A DNA stretch of 59,827 bases from an uncultured bacterium (GTDB lineage Bacteria; Hydrothermota; UBA3072; B12-G15): assembly GCA_964596115.1 (NCBI GenBank), contig CAZQRW010000004.1, positions 4,500 to 64,326 of the forward strand, in the 5' to 3' direction. Position numbers and translations under genes: made by a program. The notes beneath the pieces were generated by a model, which was given only the letters and a program-made list of their open reading frames with translations, had not been told where the DNA came from and ran no database searches. The first letter of the stretch is position 1. The number at the start of each line of letters is the position of its first letter. Positions 48,595 through 59,775 of the stretch are shown here, one piece after another.

Positions 48595-48622
48595 TTGCAT
48601 AAAAATCTGGATATCGTAAAAT
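48595..48622 (+). promoter_or_regulatory. Promoter TTGCAT-N16-TAAAAT, 5 nt before the ATG at 48628 (leaderless)
   Basis: Hexamers read directly; no SD. Confidence 0.55.
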
Positions 48623-48627
48623 GCCTT

Positions 48628-50133
48628 ATGGAAAAGACATTCCTTAATTTTATCTCAAATATAGAGAATCCTCTTAACCTGGAAATAAATAGTCTCCAAA
48701 AGTTGAATGTAAAACTTAATAGTTTCTTGGAATATGTAAAGTTAGCCAACAGATCTGAGTTAAAACATATAAGGAAGATCGATGGAATACTCAGAGATAT
48801 GAATGCATTTTTAGAGCTCAGCAAAATTTATGATGCAAATGCGTATTACTATAGGGATAGAAATTATGAATTATACCTTTTAAACAAATATCAGGCCTTA
48901 TTGAATAGGGTACAGGCATATGCAACAGAGCACACAAAACAAGAACTGGAATACTTTCTTCACAAAACGAGAGAAACTTTTTATCCGCTATACCCCAGAT
49001 TGATGAATTTGTTAGGTGTTTATTACCAGTTATATGAGTATGATTTCAGCTCTGCCATAGAGCATTACCAGTCTGCCATAAACGTACTAAAAGGTATTGA
49101 TAAGGTTACATTCGAATCCCAATCCTCATTGTCCTATGAGGGTACATTTCGACTTTTTATGAATAATATGTTGGATGCAATGATTCGTTCGCCAGAACCA
49201 GAGAGATACCTAAAAGAAATCCATCTTATTAGGGATTACCTTTTTGACTCAGAAGCTCAAATATCCAACGAAGCAAGGCTTGACATAGCAGAACTCTTTG
49301 CCAAGATGGGCAAATCAAAAATAGCAAGCAATCTCTTATCCTCCATAGAGATGAGTAAAATGAAGAATATAAATTTTTACTATCCTCAGATAAATAGGGT
49401 AAAATCTATCATAGCCTTAAAGACAGGTAATTTATCAATTGGATTTGATTCCGTAGTAAAATCTTTTAGATTGTGCTTCCAAGTTGGAAAACCTATCTCA
49501 CAAAAAACAAATATGGTAACCCTCTTTTCTACGATCAATGATCTTCTCACAGGGATAGGCCTAAAGGAAAGAATATCTATGTTTAAGGAAAAGGGTTTTT
49601 TAGATCTCATCATAAATGTTCTGGAAACAAAAGATAGGTACCTTGCAATAGAACATTCCAAAAATGTGGCAAATCTATCCCTGAAACTCTGGAAAATCCT
49701 TGGAGGAGACGAAAAATATTATGATCATATCTATTTTTCAGGATTGTTCCATGATATTGGCAAATTATCTATCCCCTGGTTAACATTGAGTAAACCATTC
49801 TCTCTGGATAATATTGATAGAGAAATATTGAGGTATCATTCCCTTGAAAGTTATAAACTACTAAATTTACTTGGTTTCGAGGAAGAGGCAAAGGTTGCAG
49901 GAAACCATCATGAGAGAATCGACGGTTCTGGTTATCCATTGGGTAAAAAAAATTTGACAATAGACTCAGAAGTAGTGGCAATCGCTGACGTATTTCAGGC
50001 AGCTTCCTCCCCAAATAGAAACTACAAAAATCCAAAGGGCAAAGAAGAAATACTCAAAGAGATTGAAAATGATGTCAATAATAATAAATTCCACAGGAAA
50101 ATTTATGAGGCACTTCTCCTCGCCGTGAAGTAA
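48628..50133 (+). CDS. HD-GYP phosphodiesterase with helical/TPR-like N-terminal region
   Basis: EHSKNVA; FHDIGK; NHHERIDGSGYP; ADVFQA; RNYK. Confidence 0.88.
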   Translation: MEKTFLNFISNIENPLNLEINSLQKLNVKLNSFLEYVKLANRSELKHIRKIDGILRDMNAFLELSKIYDANAYYYRDRNYELYLLNKYQALLNRVQAYATEHTKQELEYFLHKTRETFYPLYPRLMNLLGVYYQLYEYDFSSAIEHYQSAINVLKGIDKVTFESQSSLSYEGTFRLFMNNMLDAMIRSPEPERYLKEIHLIRDYLFDSEAQISNEARLDIAELFAKMGKSKIASNLLSSIEMSKMKNINFYYPQINRVKSIIALKTGNLSIGFDSVVKSFRLCFQVGKPISQKTNMVTLFSTINDLLTGIGLKERISMFKEKGFLDLIINVLETKDRYLAIEHSKNVANLSLKLWKILGGDEKYYDHIYFSGLFHDIGKLSIPWLTLSKPFSLDNIDREILRYHSLESYKLLNLLGFEEEAKVAGNHHERIDGSGYPLGKKNLTIDSEVVAIADVFQAASSPNRNYKNPKGKEEILKEIENDVNNNKFHRKIYEALLLAVK

Positions 50134-50152
50134 TAAAATTATATCAATTCAT

Positions 50153-50180
50153 TTGACTGATTGGATTTATCAATTATAAT
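50153..50180 (+). promoter_or_regulatory. Promoter TTGACT-N16-TATAAT, 6 nt before the ATG (leaderless)
   Basis: Hexamers read directly; no SD. Confidence 0.75.
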
Positions 50181-50186
50181 CCATCT

Positions 50187-51080
50187 ATGGAGAAAAAAAA
50201 GAGGGCTAGAAAAAAGCTTGAAGATTTTATAAAAATCCGATGGCTCCGTATCACTATCAGGGAATTTTCTGAAATAATTAATAATTTCATTAAACATGGT
50301 GGAACATTACTTGCCGCCGCAATTTCATTTTATACGATACTGTCCGTAGTACCATTTTTGCTCGTTTTTACATCTATCATAGCCCAAATAATCCATTCCT
50401 CTGGGTCTGCATTACAAGAAACCCTCTCCTTTATAACGAGGCTTTTCCCATCCTCAGGGGATGTAGCCATAGGATATATAAATGCACTTGTAAGTAGAAA
50501 ACTTACCTTTGGAATAATAGGTGGATTGGCATTCTACTGGGCTGGTAGCAGGACGTTTGAGATTATGATTGTAGCTGTTGAGAGAATATATGAAAGGAAG
50601 GAGAGAGGATTCTTTATGCATCAAAAATTGTTCTCCTTTGCCCTGATCCCGATCCTATTAGCGACCTTTGCACTTTTTGTAGGATTATCAAAGGGTATCG
50701 TATTTTTAAGGGGACTTATTTCTATTGGAACAACACCATCAGAGGTTTCATTCATAACTTCGTTTTCAAACAATCTTCTCATAGTAGGCATCGCGACAGG
50801 TTTTTTCTTCATTCTTTACAGGGTCTTCTCTTATAGAAATACAGATAGCGTTTCTGCACTTTCAGGGGCATTATTTACTTCAATACTAACAATGGTAGTA
50901 AAGTACCTCTTTGATTGGTATATTAGAAATTTCAATCATTTCGGAAAGATATATGGGAGTCTTTCAGCAATAATCATAGCCCTTTTATGGATCTACTATA
51001 CCTCTATAATATATATCATAGGGGCTGAGCTTACCGCCTACATCCACAGAAAAAGGATAAAAAATCTAAAACTTACTTAA
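50187..51080 (+). CDS. YihY/virulence factor BrkB family membrane protein
   Basis: LAAAISFYTILSVVPF; YGSLSAIIIALLWIYYTS.IYIIGAE. Confidence 0.92.
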   Translation: MEKKKRARKKLEDFIKIRWLRITIREFSEIINNFIKHGGTLLAAAISFYTILSVVPFLLVFTSIIAQIIHSSGSALQETLSFITRLFPSSGDVAIGYINALVSRKLTFGIIGGLAFYWAGSRTFEIMIVAVERIYERKERGFFMHQKLFSFALIPILLATFALFVGLSKGIVFLRGLISIGTTPSEVSFITSFSNNLLIVGIATGFFFILYRVFSYRNTDSVSALSGALFTSILTMVVKYLFDWYIRNFNHFGKIYGSLSAIIIALLWIYYTSIIYIIGAELTAYIHRKRIKNLKLT

Positions 51081-51091
51081 AAACCTAATCG

Positions 51092-52666
51092 CTACTTTAT
51101 AGGTTCCCATATCGCCATTCTATCAATATGAAAATTTGCATTGCTATCGTAACCCCTCACTCGTACATTAAAATTATAGCTCCAATCAAGATACCTGGAG
51201 TCTCCTCCTCCAATTGTCGTTATAAGATACCCATTGGAGCGATGGCCAAAGGCAAGGGCTCTATTTCTGGGAATATGGCTGTCTCCCCCGCTTGGATCAA
51301 CAGGTATCCATCCATACCCTGGAAGATAAATCTCTGTCCATCTGTGAAACACACCATCAATGCTTGCCCTATCTCCTCTCTCAACAACAGAACCAATATA
51401 CCTTGTAGGTATACCCGCTGCCCTCATCATTGAGATGAAAACATAGGAGTACTCTGAGCAGGATCCTTTCCCCCTCTTTAACACCTCTGGAGCAATATCC
51501 CATCCACCACTCAATTCATACTCCATATGGTTTATAACGTAATTGAATATATCCTTCGCGATCCAGTAGGAATTTCTCTCTCTTCCTATCGCCCTCTTTA
51601 CCGAATTCTTAATAAATGGATCCTTTATCATATACCTGTCTTTATCCTGAAGATACCTCTTCTTTATCTCCTTTGGAATATCATTCAAATTCCCCACCCT
51701 CTCAGGAACGATAAAATAACTAACAGACCTTAGCTCAGCGTCTACCTTTACGTTGGCAGTACGCTTCTCTCCTTTCTTTACATTTTGAAATTTATAGTGT
51801 GCTACTTTTTGATTATACTGATCAACTACTATCTTACTGGGGCTGGGTTCAAATGCAGGTTTTGAAAGGAGTAATTGATTCTCCCGATTTTCTGGCAATG
51901 CAATAAAGACATCTACATTATTTATACTACCTGGTCCATCGTTAATTAATCTGAAATATAGGGTTACCCTGGCTTTCTCTGGTTTCCCCTTTATTATATA
52001 GTCCTTATATGGTATATCAAAAAGGTATACACTATCCATTTCAAAATCTGATACGTATATTTTGTTGTCTATCACCTCTATTCCTGAAGGATATGGCCCA
52101 GGAGAAGGGAGAACATTTATAACCTCACCGTTCCTAACACAAATCATATAAATCTCATTCCTATATCTGTTCGTAGTCCATAGATAACCTTTATAAAAGG
52201 AGAGTCCATTATTACGCCATCCCGGACCATTCAATGTTTTAATAGTGGTGCCATCATTTCTTGAGATACAATATATCTTGCCATCTCTTCCAGTAACCCA
52301 TATGTTCTTACCATCAAATGCTATGCCAGTAATAGACGACGTTGGAGAATAAATAGCTCTATAAATTTTCCCCTTATAACTTATGAAGCGGATTTCGTCA
52401 TTGTTGGATACAACAAGTGTATCATTACAAAAACAAAGTGAATACGGAGAAAATCCAGCTGTGGTAATTCGTCCTTTTCTTTCCCCTGTTCTTAAATCAT
52501 AAATGAAAATACTGTCTTTCAGAATATCTACCTGATAGATTTTACCATTATGCACAGCAATATCTCCACTGTAGGGAGAAATGGGAAACTCTTTTATGGG
52601 TTTGAATTCACCATACATAGTGAGTGATAAAAAAAGAATGTAAAAAATTGAAAAATACTTTTTCAT
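51092..52666 (-). CDS. Secreted beta-propeller + transglutaminase-like domain protein
   Basis: Signal peptide; GIAFDGKNIWV-type propeller blades; GSCSEYS, FHRW, WIPVDP (Cys-His-Asp triad). Confidence 0.88.
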   Translation of the reverse strand: MKKYFSIFYILFLSLTMYGEFKPIKEFPISPYSGDIAVHNGKIYQVDILKDSIFIYDLRTGERKGRITTAGFSPYSLCFCNDTLVVSNNDEIRFISYKGKIYRAIYSPTSSITGIAFDGKNIWVTGRDGKIYCISRNDGTTIKTLNGPGWRNNGLSFYKGYLWTTNRYRNEIYMICVRNGEVINVLPSPGPYPSGIEVIDNKIYVSDFEMDSVYLFDIPYKDYIIKGKPEKARVTLYFRLINDGPGSINNVDVFIALPENRENQLLLSKPAFEPSPSKIVVDQYNQKVAHYKFQNVKKGEKRTANVKVDAELRSVSYFIVPERVGNLNDIPKEIKKRYLQDKDRYMIKDPFIKNSVKRAIGRERNSYWIAKDIFNYVINHMEYELSGGWDIAPEVLKRGKGSCSEYSYVFISMMRAAGIPTRYIGSVVERGDRASIDGVFHRWTEIYLPGYGWIPVDPSGGDSHIPRNRALAFGHRSNGYLITTIGGGDSRYLDWSYNFNVRVRGYDSNANFHIDRMAIWEPIK

Positions 52667-52667
52667 G

Positions 52668-53105
52668 TTAACCTCCTACTTTTTTAAAAAATTTTTTAAT
52701 GATATCCTTCGCATCTTCTATAGTATCGTAATGTCCCACTACTATAGAGGGGGAGCCCGAAATCATTGCAGACAATAGCTTGCCATTACCCGGCCTATAA
52801 AGACAGAGAATAGGTTTTTTGTTTTCTACGGCTACACCTATTTCATAACCAACTCCAAGGCTGGGTGTTGTGACCTCTGCCACAACGATATCTGCCTCTT
52901 TCAAAAGTTCCATATCCCTCTTATGGATCTCGCTATCTTTTAACCTTACCTCACCTTCTTCCCTTGTTGCTTCATCTCCAACGAATTCTGTGAGAACCTT
53001 GCCAAATCCTTTGAGGTATAAGATTAAGTTGTGGTATATCTGGACATCATTCCTTCCAGCCCTTATAGCACCAGAAAAATAAATTTTTCTTTTATCACCT
53101 TTCAC
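52668..53105 (-). CDS. Nucleoside 2-deoxyribosyltransferase family, DNPH1/Rcl-like 2'-deoxynucleoside 5'-phosphate N-hydrolase
   Basis: IYFSGAIRAGRND; VLTE; IHKRDMELL; VVAEVTTPSLGVGYEIG; LSAMISG. Confidence 0.88.
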   Translation of the reverse strand: MKGDKRKIYFSGAIRAGRNDVQIYHNLILYLKGFGKVLTEFVGDEATREEGEVRLKDSEIHKRDMELLKEADIVVAEVTTPSLGVGYEIGVAVENKKPILCLYRPGNGKLLSAMISGSPSIVVGHYDTIEDAKDIIKKFFKKVGG

Positions 53106-53111
53106 GTTTTT

Positions 53112-53139
53112 AGTATATCAATTCTATGCCTAATTTCAA
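53112..53139 (-). promoter_or_regulatory. Promoter TTGAAA-N16-TATACT, 6 nt before the GTG (leaderless)
   Basis: Hexamers read directly; no SD. Confidence 0.65.
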
Positions 53140-53298
53140 CCTGAATTTTCCCGCTTTTTATTCTCACGTTTAAGTAGTGCAGGAAAAGACGAGTTTATAA
53201 TGATGAACCTCTCTATCTCATTTCAAGTTTGAAATTTAGGATGCTACTCTGTGAAGGAATCTCAATGTTTAAAGAAAACTGCCAAAAATATAAGATCC

Positions 53299-54117
53299 TT
53301 ATAGTCCCCCAGACTGGCAGCTTTCCCAGAGTTTCTTTCTCATCGCCTCAAGTGGACTTTCTCCCTCTCCCCTAAATGAAGCAAAGGTATCAATGTTATC
53401 TCTGAACTCTGGCAGATAATCCCTCCAATTCAAAATTCTTGTAAGGTGGTGATCGATGATTATTTTCTCTGGATTAAATGAGAGTATCTTTTTTAGATTC
53501 TCCTTAAATACATTGAGATATTTCATATTTATGTATATGGCTGGTCCATCAAGAATAAGTGTGTGAGGTTTTACTCCAAGTATAAAATCTAACTGACTTT
53601 CAAAAATGGGACCTGATATGTCGGATGTAAATAAAAGTCTCTTGTTTTTCTCCTCAATTGTTACACCTATCACTACTGCAGGTGTATCACCATGTGGAAG
53701 GGACGGAGAAAAAGTTATTTCTGTATCCCCGATCCTGAAATTTTTATTATCTGCAATCTCAAATTCTTTAATAACTGAATATATCTCCTGCGCCCTTTTT
53801 TTCTGCATATAGTTAATATTTCTGGTAAAGTCTTTCAGAAAAATCCTTCTCCCTTTATATAGGGAAATGAAATCAGGCGAATAGTGGTCGTGATGATAAT
53901 GCGTTATAATAATGCTATTTGCCTTTAGAATATACTCCCTTATCCTTTCCTTCATTCTATAAAATTGTTCTATCTCTAGCCTGTGGGGAGGAAGGTTATA
54001 TCTTAATGGGGCAAGGTCAAGACCAGGATCAATGATAATCCCTGTATCCTCTGTCTTAACAAATACGCAAAAACTCCTTACGCCAAGAGAATCAGAAACA
54101 AGGGGAATTATTTTCAT
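53299..54117 (-). CDS. Metallo-beta-lactamase fold hydrolase, UPF0282-like
   Basis: SDSLGVRS; IIIDPG..LAPLRYNLPPH; ITHYHHDH; FTSDISGP; IIIDHHLTR. Confidence 0.82.
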   Translation of the reverse strand: MKIIPLVSDSLGVRSFCVFVKTEDTGIIIDPGLDLAPLRYNLPPHRLEIEQFYRMKERIREYILKANSIIITHYHHDHYSPDFISLYKGRRIFLKDFTRNINYMQKKRAQEIYSVIKEFEIADNKNFRIGDTEITFSPSLPHGDTPAVVIGVTIEEKNKRLLFTSDISGPIFESQLDFILGVKPHTLILDGPAIYINMKYLNVFKENLKKILSFNPEKIIIDHHLTRILNWRDYLPEFRDNIDTFASFRGEGESPLEAMRKKLWESCQSGGL

Positions 54118-54120
54118 AAG

Positions 54121-54147
54121 AAAAAAGGGGTATCCCCTGGATACCCC
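54121..54147 (-). terminator. Intrinsic terminator of the ndk-ackA-nfnAB operon
   Basis: Minus strand GGGGTATCC-AGG-GGATACCCC followed by TTTTTT (perfect 9-bp stem). Confidence 0.88.
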
Positions 54148-54168
54148 GCCTTAATTAAAAAAAACCCA

Positions 54169-56398
<2,230 letters not shown>

Positions 56399-56399
<1 letters not shown>

Positions 56400-57673
56400 T
56401 ATTCCTCCTTTTTGTAATCTGGAGATTGGAATGTATAAGTAAATTCAGTATGGGGTGCATACCTTCCTTCGACAAGTGCAACCACATCCTCCACAAAAAC
56501 GATCTCCTCATCTGTGGGAATAACAAAGACCTTCACAGGTGAATCATCGGTAGATATTACTGTTTCCTTTTCCCTTGTCTGTGCGCTTTTATTTCTATCC
56601 TTATCCAATTTAACTCCAAGATGTTCAAGATTTCTTAGGGCTTCTTCCCTTAATGCTGGCCACATTTCCCCAACACCTGCAGTAAATACAATAGCATCCA
56701 CCTTACCAAGAACAGCCATATAAGCACCAACATATTTTCTTATTCGGTATGCCTCGATCTTATAAGCAAGGATAGCCCTCTTATCGCCTTTATCCATAGC
56801 CCTTTCAACATCCCTTCTATCCGTATATTTCTCTGTTATCCCAAGTATCCCAGCCTTCTTGTTTAATATGTTTATTACTTCTGATGCGCTCCTTCTTTCC
56901 TTATCCGATATGAAACCAACTATCGCGGGGTCTATATCGCCTGACCTTGTTCCCATTACAACCCCTTCAAGGGGAGTAAATCCCATAGAAGTATCGACAG
57001 AGACCCCTTTTCTTATTGCTGTAATGCTTGCTCCATTTCCTATATGACAGGTAATAAGATTTATTTCTCTTGGGTCTTTTTTTAAAAGTATAGCAGCCCT
57101 TTTTGAAACATACAAATGGGAAGTGCCGTGGAAACCATACCTTCTAACACCATACTTTTCATACCAGGAATATGGTACTGCATATATGTATGCATAATCT
57201 GGCATTGTTTGATGAAAGGCTGTATCCATCACTGCAATGTGGGGAATATCCTGTAATAACTCCATTGCCGCCTCAATACCAAGCACATTTGGAGGATTGT
57301 GAAGTGGGGCAAGGTCAAAGAGTTCTCTAAATATTTTTATTACATCCTCATTTATAATTACAGATTTTGTAAACTTTTCTCCGCCATGAACAACCCTATG
57401 ACCCACTGCGCTTATCTCTTTAAGATCTCGTATTACACCAAATTTCTTACTCGTAAGGACTTGAACAATGAGTTCTATCGCCTCTCTATGGGTGGGGCAC
57501 TCTTTTTCTATCTTTATCTTCTTCTTACCATGCACCTCATGTGTAATAAATGAGCCACCTATTGTGACCCTCTCAACGATACCCCTTGCAAGTGCACATT
57601 TTTTATCCCAGTTGTAAACCATATACTTTACTGAAGAGCTGCCACAATTCAATGTAAGTATTATCTTATCCAT
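56399..57673 (-). CDS. ackA: Acetate kinase
   Basis: NCGSSSVKY; GHRVVHGG; APLHN; DTAFH; YGFHGTSH; CHIGNGAS; FTAGVGE. Start at 57673. Confidence 0.95.
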
Positions 57674-58076
57674 TTTCCCCCTCAAAGAAGAAAGGAATTT
57701 CTTTTTTTGCATTCTCTAATGAGTCTGATGCATGAACAGCATTCTTCTGAATATCGGTCCCATATAGTTTTCTTATCGTACCTTCCCCTGCCTTTGCTGG
57801 ATCTGTTGCTCCAATAATTTTTCTAAGTACTTCTACCGCATTCTCACCTGATAATTTAATTGCCAATATTTTCCCTGAAGTCATAAAATCAATTAGAGCT
57901 TCATAAAAGGGTTTCCCTTTATGTACTGCATAGAATTTCTCTGCCTTTTCACGGGAAAAATGATCCATCTTCATATCCTCTATTCTAAGAGGAGATGCTT
58001 CTATTAATGATATTACTTTCCCAATAACCCTCTTTTTTACTGCATCAGGTTTTATTATTAGCAGTGTGCTTTCCAT
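57666..58076 (-). CDS. ndk: Nucleoside-diphosphate kinase
   Basis: TLLIIKPDAV; GATDP; GTIR; NAVHASDS. Confidence 0.96.
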   Translation of the reverse strand: MESTLLIIKPDAVKKRVIGKVISLIEASPLRIEDMKMDHFSREKAEKFYAVHKGKPFYEALIDFMTSGKILAIKLSGENAVEVLRKIIGATDPAKAGEGTIRKLYGTDIQKNAVHASDSLENAKKEIPFFFEGENG

Positions 58077-58084
58077 TCTAATGG

Positions 58085-58113
58085 AGAATAATAGGAATTA
58101 ATGTGTTTGTCAA
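58085..58113 (-). promoter_or_regulatory. Promoter TTGACA-N17-TATTCT, 8 nt before the ndk ATG
   Basis: Hexamers read directly; no SD. Confidence 0.6.
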
Positions 58114-58118
58114 TAGGA

Positions 58119-58136
58119 TTGTGAAATTTTTAACAA
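58119..58136. promoter_or_regulatory. Rex operator-like site TTGTGAA-ATTT-TTAACAA
   Basis: One mismatch to the Rex consensus TTGTGAAnnnnTTCACAA; 5 nt upstream of the ndk-ackA-nfnAB -35. Confidence 0.72.
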
Positions 58137-59519
58137 TCAAATTCTGTCAGGATTTAATTTCTTCTCCCATTTTCCTCTTTTGAACCAGAATAATCCCCAG
58201 ATAGAAATCACTATATTTGATAGAAACATCGAAATCCATATTCCAATGGGGCCCATATGAAATACAAGTGCCAGAAGATATGAAAATGGTACTCTAATTC
58301 CCCACAATCTTACAATGTTCAGCACCATTGGAGGCTTTGTATCTCCTGCCCCCTGGAACGCTCCATTGAGAACCATAAGTATCCCAAAGAATACAACGGA
58401 AGGGGATATTATCCTGAAGAGTATTACACCCCACTTTGTAACTTCAGGGTCATTTGGTATGAAAAAATGTACGAAGGAACTGCCAAAAAAGAATGTAAAG
58501 GTCATACCGATAAGAAGAAACACACCAACGATTATAATCCCTGCTTTAACAGACTTCCATGCCCTTTTTATCTCCCTTGCACCGAGGTTCTGACCAACCA
58601 TAGTGGTTACCGCCCTCCCAATACCCATTGCTGGCATATTGAATAATCCAACGATCCTGTTTCCTATCCCAAAGGCAGCGACCACAGCAGAGCCAAAATA
58701 ATTAACCACACCCTGAAGCACAGTAAAGCCAAGGGCTGAAACAGACTGACCGATGGAAGAGGGAAAACCTATCTCAAAGATCAATCTCAATGCCTTTCTA
58801 TCGGGTTTCAGATTTCTCCACTTCAATTGCAATCCTTTCTTTCCTTGGACGAGAATAGCAATGCCAATAAACGAACCTACGGAACGGGAAATTACGGTCC
58901 CGATGGCTGCACCAACCACCCCCATTTTGGGGAAGGGCCCAATTCCAAATATAAGAAGGGGGTCAAGAAGAATATTAAAGGATACAGCTATTCCCTGTAT
59001 CCATAAGGGAGTAATTGTATCACCAATGCCCTGGAGGCTTGCCTGAAGAATAAATGTGCCGAACATAAATGGGATGCCCATAAGAATAATTCTCATATAT
59101 TTACTCGTGTATATGAATGCATCAGGAGGTGTCTTTAATATTCTCAGGACAGGGTTTGTAAAAATTACTCCAATTACTGAAATAAGAATGGAGAGCACTA
59201 CAAGGGTCACAGTCGTCTGCCCGAGATAAAAATCAACCTTCTCCCTGTCATTTTTCCCCTTTGATTGTGCAATCAATGTCGTCCCCGCCATTGAAAAACC
59301 AAAACCAAATGCAATAAGGACAAATATTACATTAAAGGTGATGGCAGGCGCTGCAAAGACTGATTTCCCCAGCTTCCCCAGGAAAAAAGCATCTATTATA
59401 TTGTACAGGGTCTGGAAACTATTCGCAAGCATTATGGGGATTGCAAGACGGAGGAGTATACCTGTAATATTTTTACCCTTCGTTATGTCAGTTAAATTAC
59501 GCCTGGGTTTAATTTCCAT
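58137..59519 (-). CDS. MATE family efflux transporter
   Basis: LAIP.MLANSFQTLYNIIDAFFLG; LQGIGDT.TP; MGVVGAAIGT; GAFQGAGDTK; about 12 TM helices. Start at 59519. Confidence 0.93.
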   Translation of the reverse strand: MEIKPRRNLTDITKGKNITGILLRLAIPIMLANSFQTLYNIIDAFFLGKLGKSVFAAPAITFNVIFVLIAFGFGFSMAGTTLIAQSKGKNDREKVDFYLGQTTVTLVVLSILISVIGVIFTNPVLRILKTPPDAFIYTSKYMRIILMGIPFMFGTFILQASLQGIGDTITPLWIQGIAVSFNILLDPLLIFGIGPFPKMGVVGAAIGTVISRSVGSFIGIAILVQGKKGLQLKWRNLKPDRKALRLIFEIGFPSSIGQSVSALGFTVLQGVVNYFGSAVVAAFGIGNRIVGLFNMPAMGIGRAVTTMVGQNLGAREIKRAWKSVKAGIIIVGVFLLIGMTFTFFFGSSFVHFFIPNDPEVTKWGVILFRIISPSVVFFGILMVLNGAFQGAGDTKPPMVLNIVRLWGIRVPFSYLLALVFHMGPIGIWISMFLSNIVISIWGLFWFKRGKWEKKLNPDRI

Positions 59520-59526
59520 ATGGAAG

Positions 59527-59555
59527 ATATTAAGGGCACAAGTATATATTGTCAA
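59527..59555 (-). promoter_or_regulatory. Promoter TTGACA-N17-TAATAT, 7 nt before the ATG (leaderless-like)
   Basis: Hexamers read directly; no SD. Confidence 0.65.
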
Positions 59556-59645
59556 TATAAAAGCAAGAAATGTAGAATGTTTTCCAATATAATAATTTCG
59601 TCATTGTTTACTACTCCCCTATGAAATAATCCCTTTCCAATATCT

Positions 59646-59680
59646 CCCCCTCCCTTGATGGGAGGGATTAAGGGAGGGTG
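59646..59680. repeat. REP-like element CCCCCTCCC-TTGAT-GGGAGGG-ATTAA-GGGAGGGTG
   Basis: GC-rich hairpin (7-bp arms) with a second GGGAGGG copy, set in AT-rich intergenic DNA. Confidence 0.55.
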
Positions 59681-59706
59681 TTCTTCCATTATTCCTTCTC
59701 CATTCC

Positions 59707-59775
59707 TTAACTTTTCTTCTTCGCTTTCTTATACCTCCTTGCTACTTCCTTCGTAACCACCTTTCTCTCACTCAT
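59707..59775 (-). mobile_element. Probable transposase N-terminal relic (MSERKVVTKEVARRYKKAKKKS*)
   Basis: Resembles, from memory, the N-termini of rve/DDE integrase-type IS transposases (M.ERKAVT.E.A.RY.KA.KKEKG.ILDEF); stops after 22 codons. Confidence 0.45.

Noticed and set aside
53180-53298. Plus-frame peptide RKRRVYNDEPLYLISS...QKYKILI, faintly like a REP-associated tyrosine transposase N-terminus
   Set aside because: No start codon and no HUH motif; the similarity is too weak
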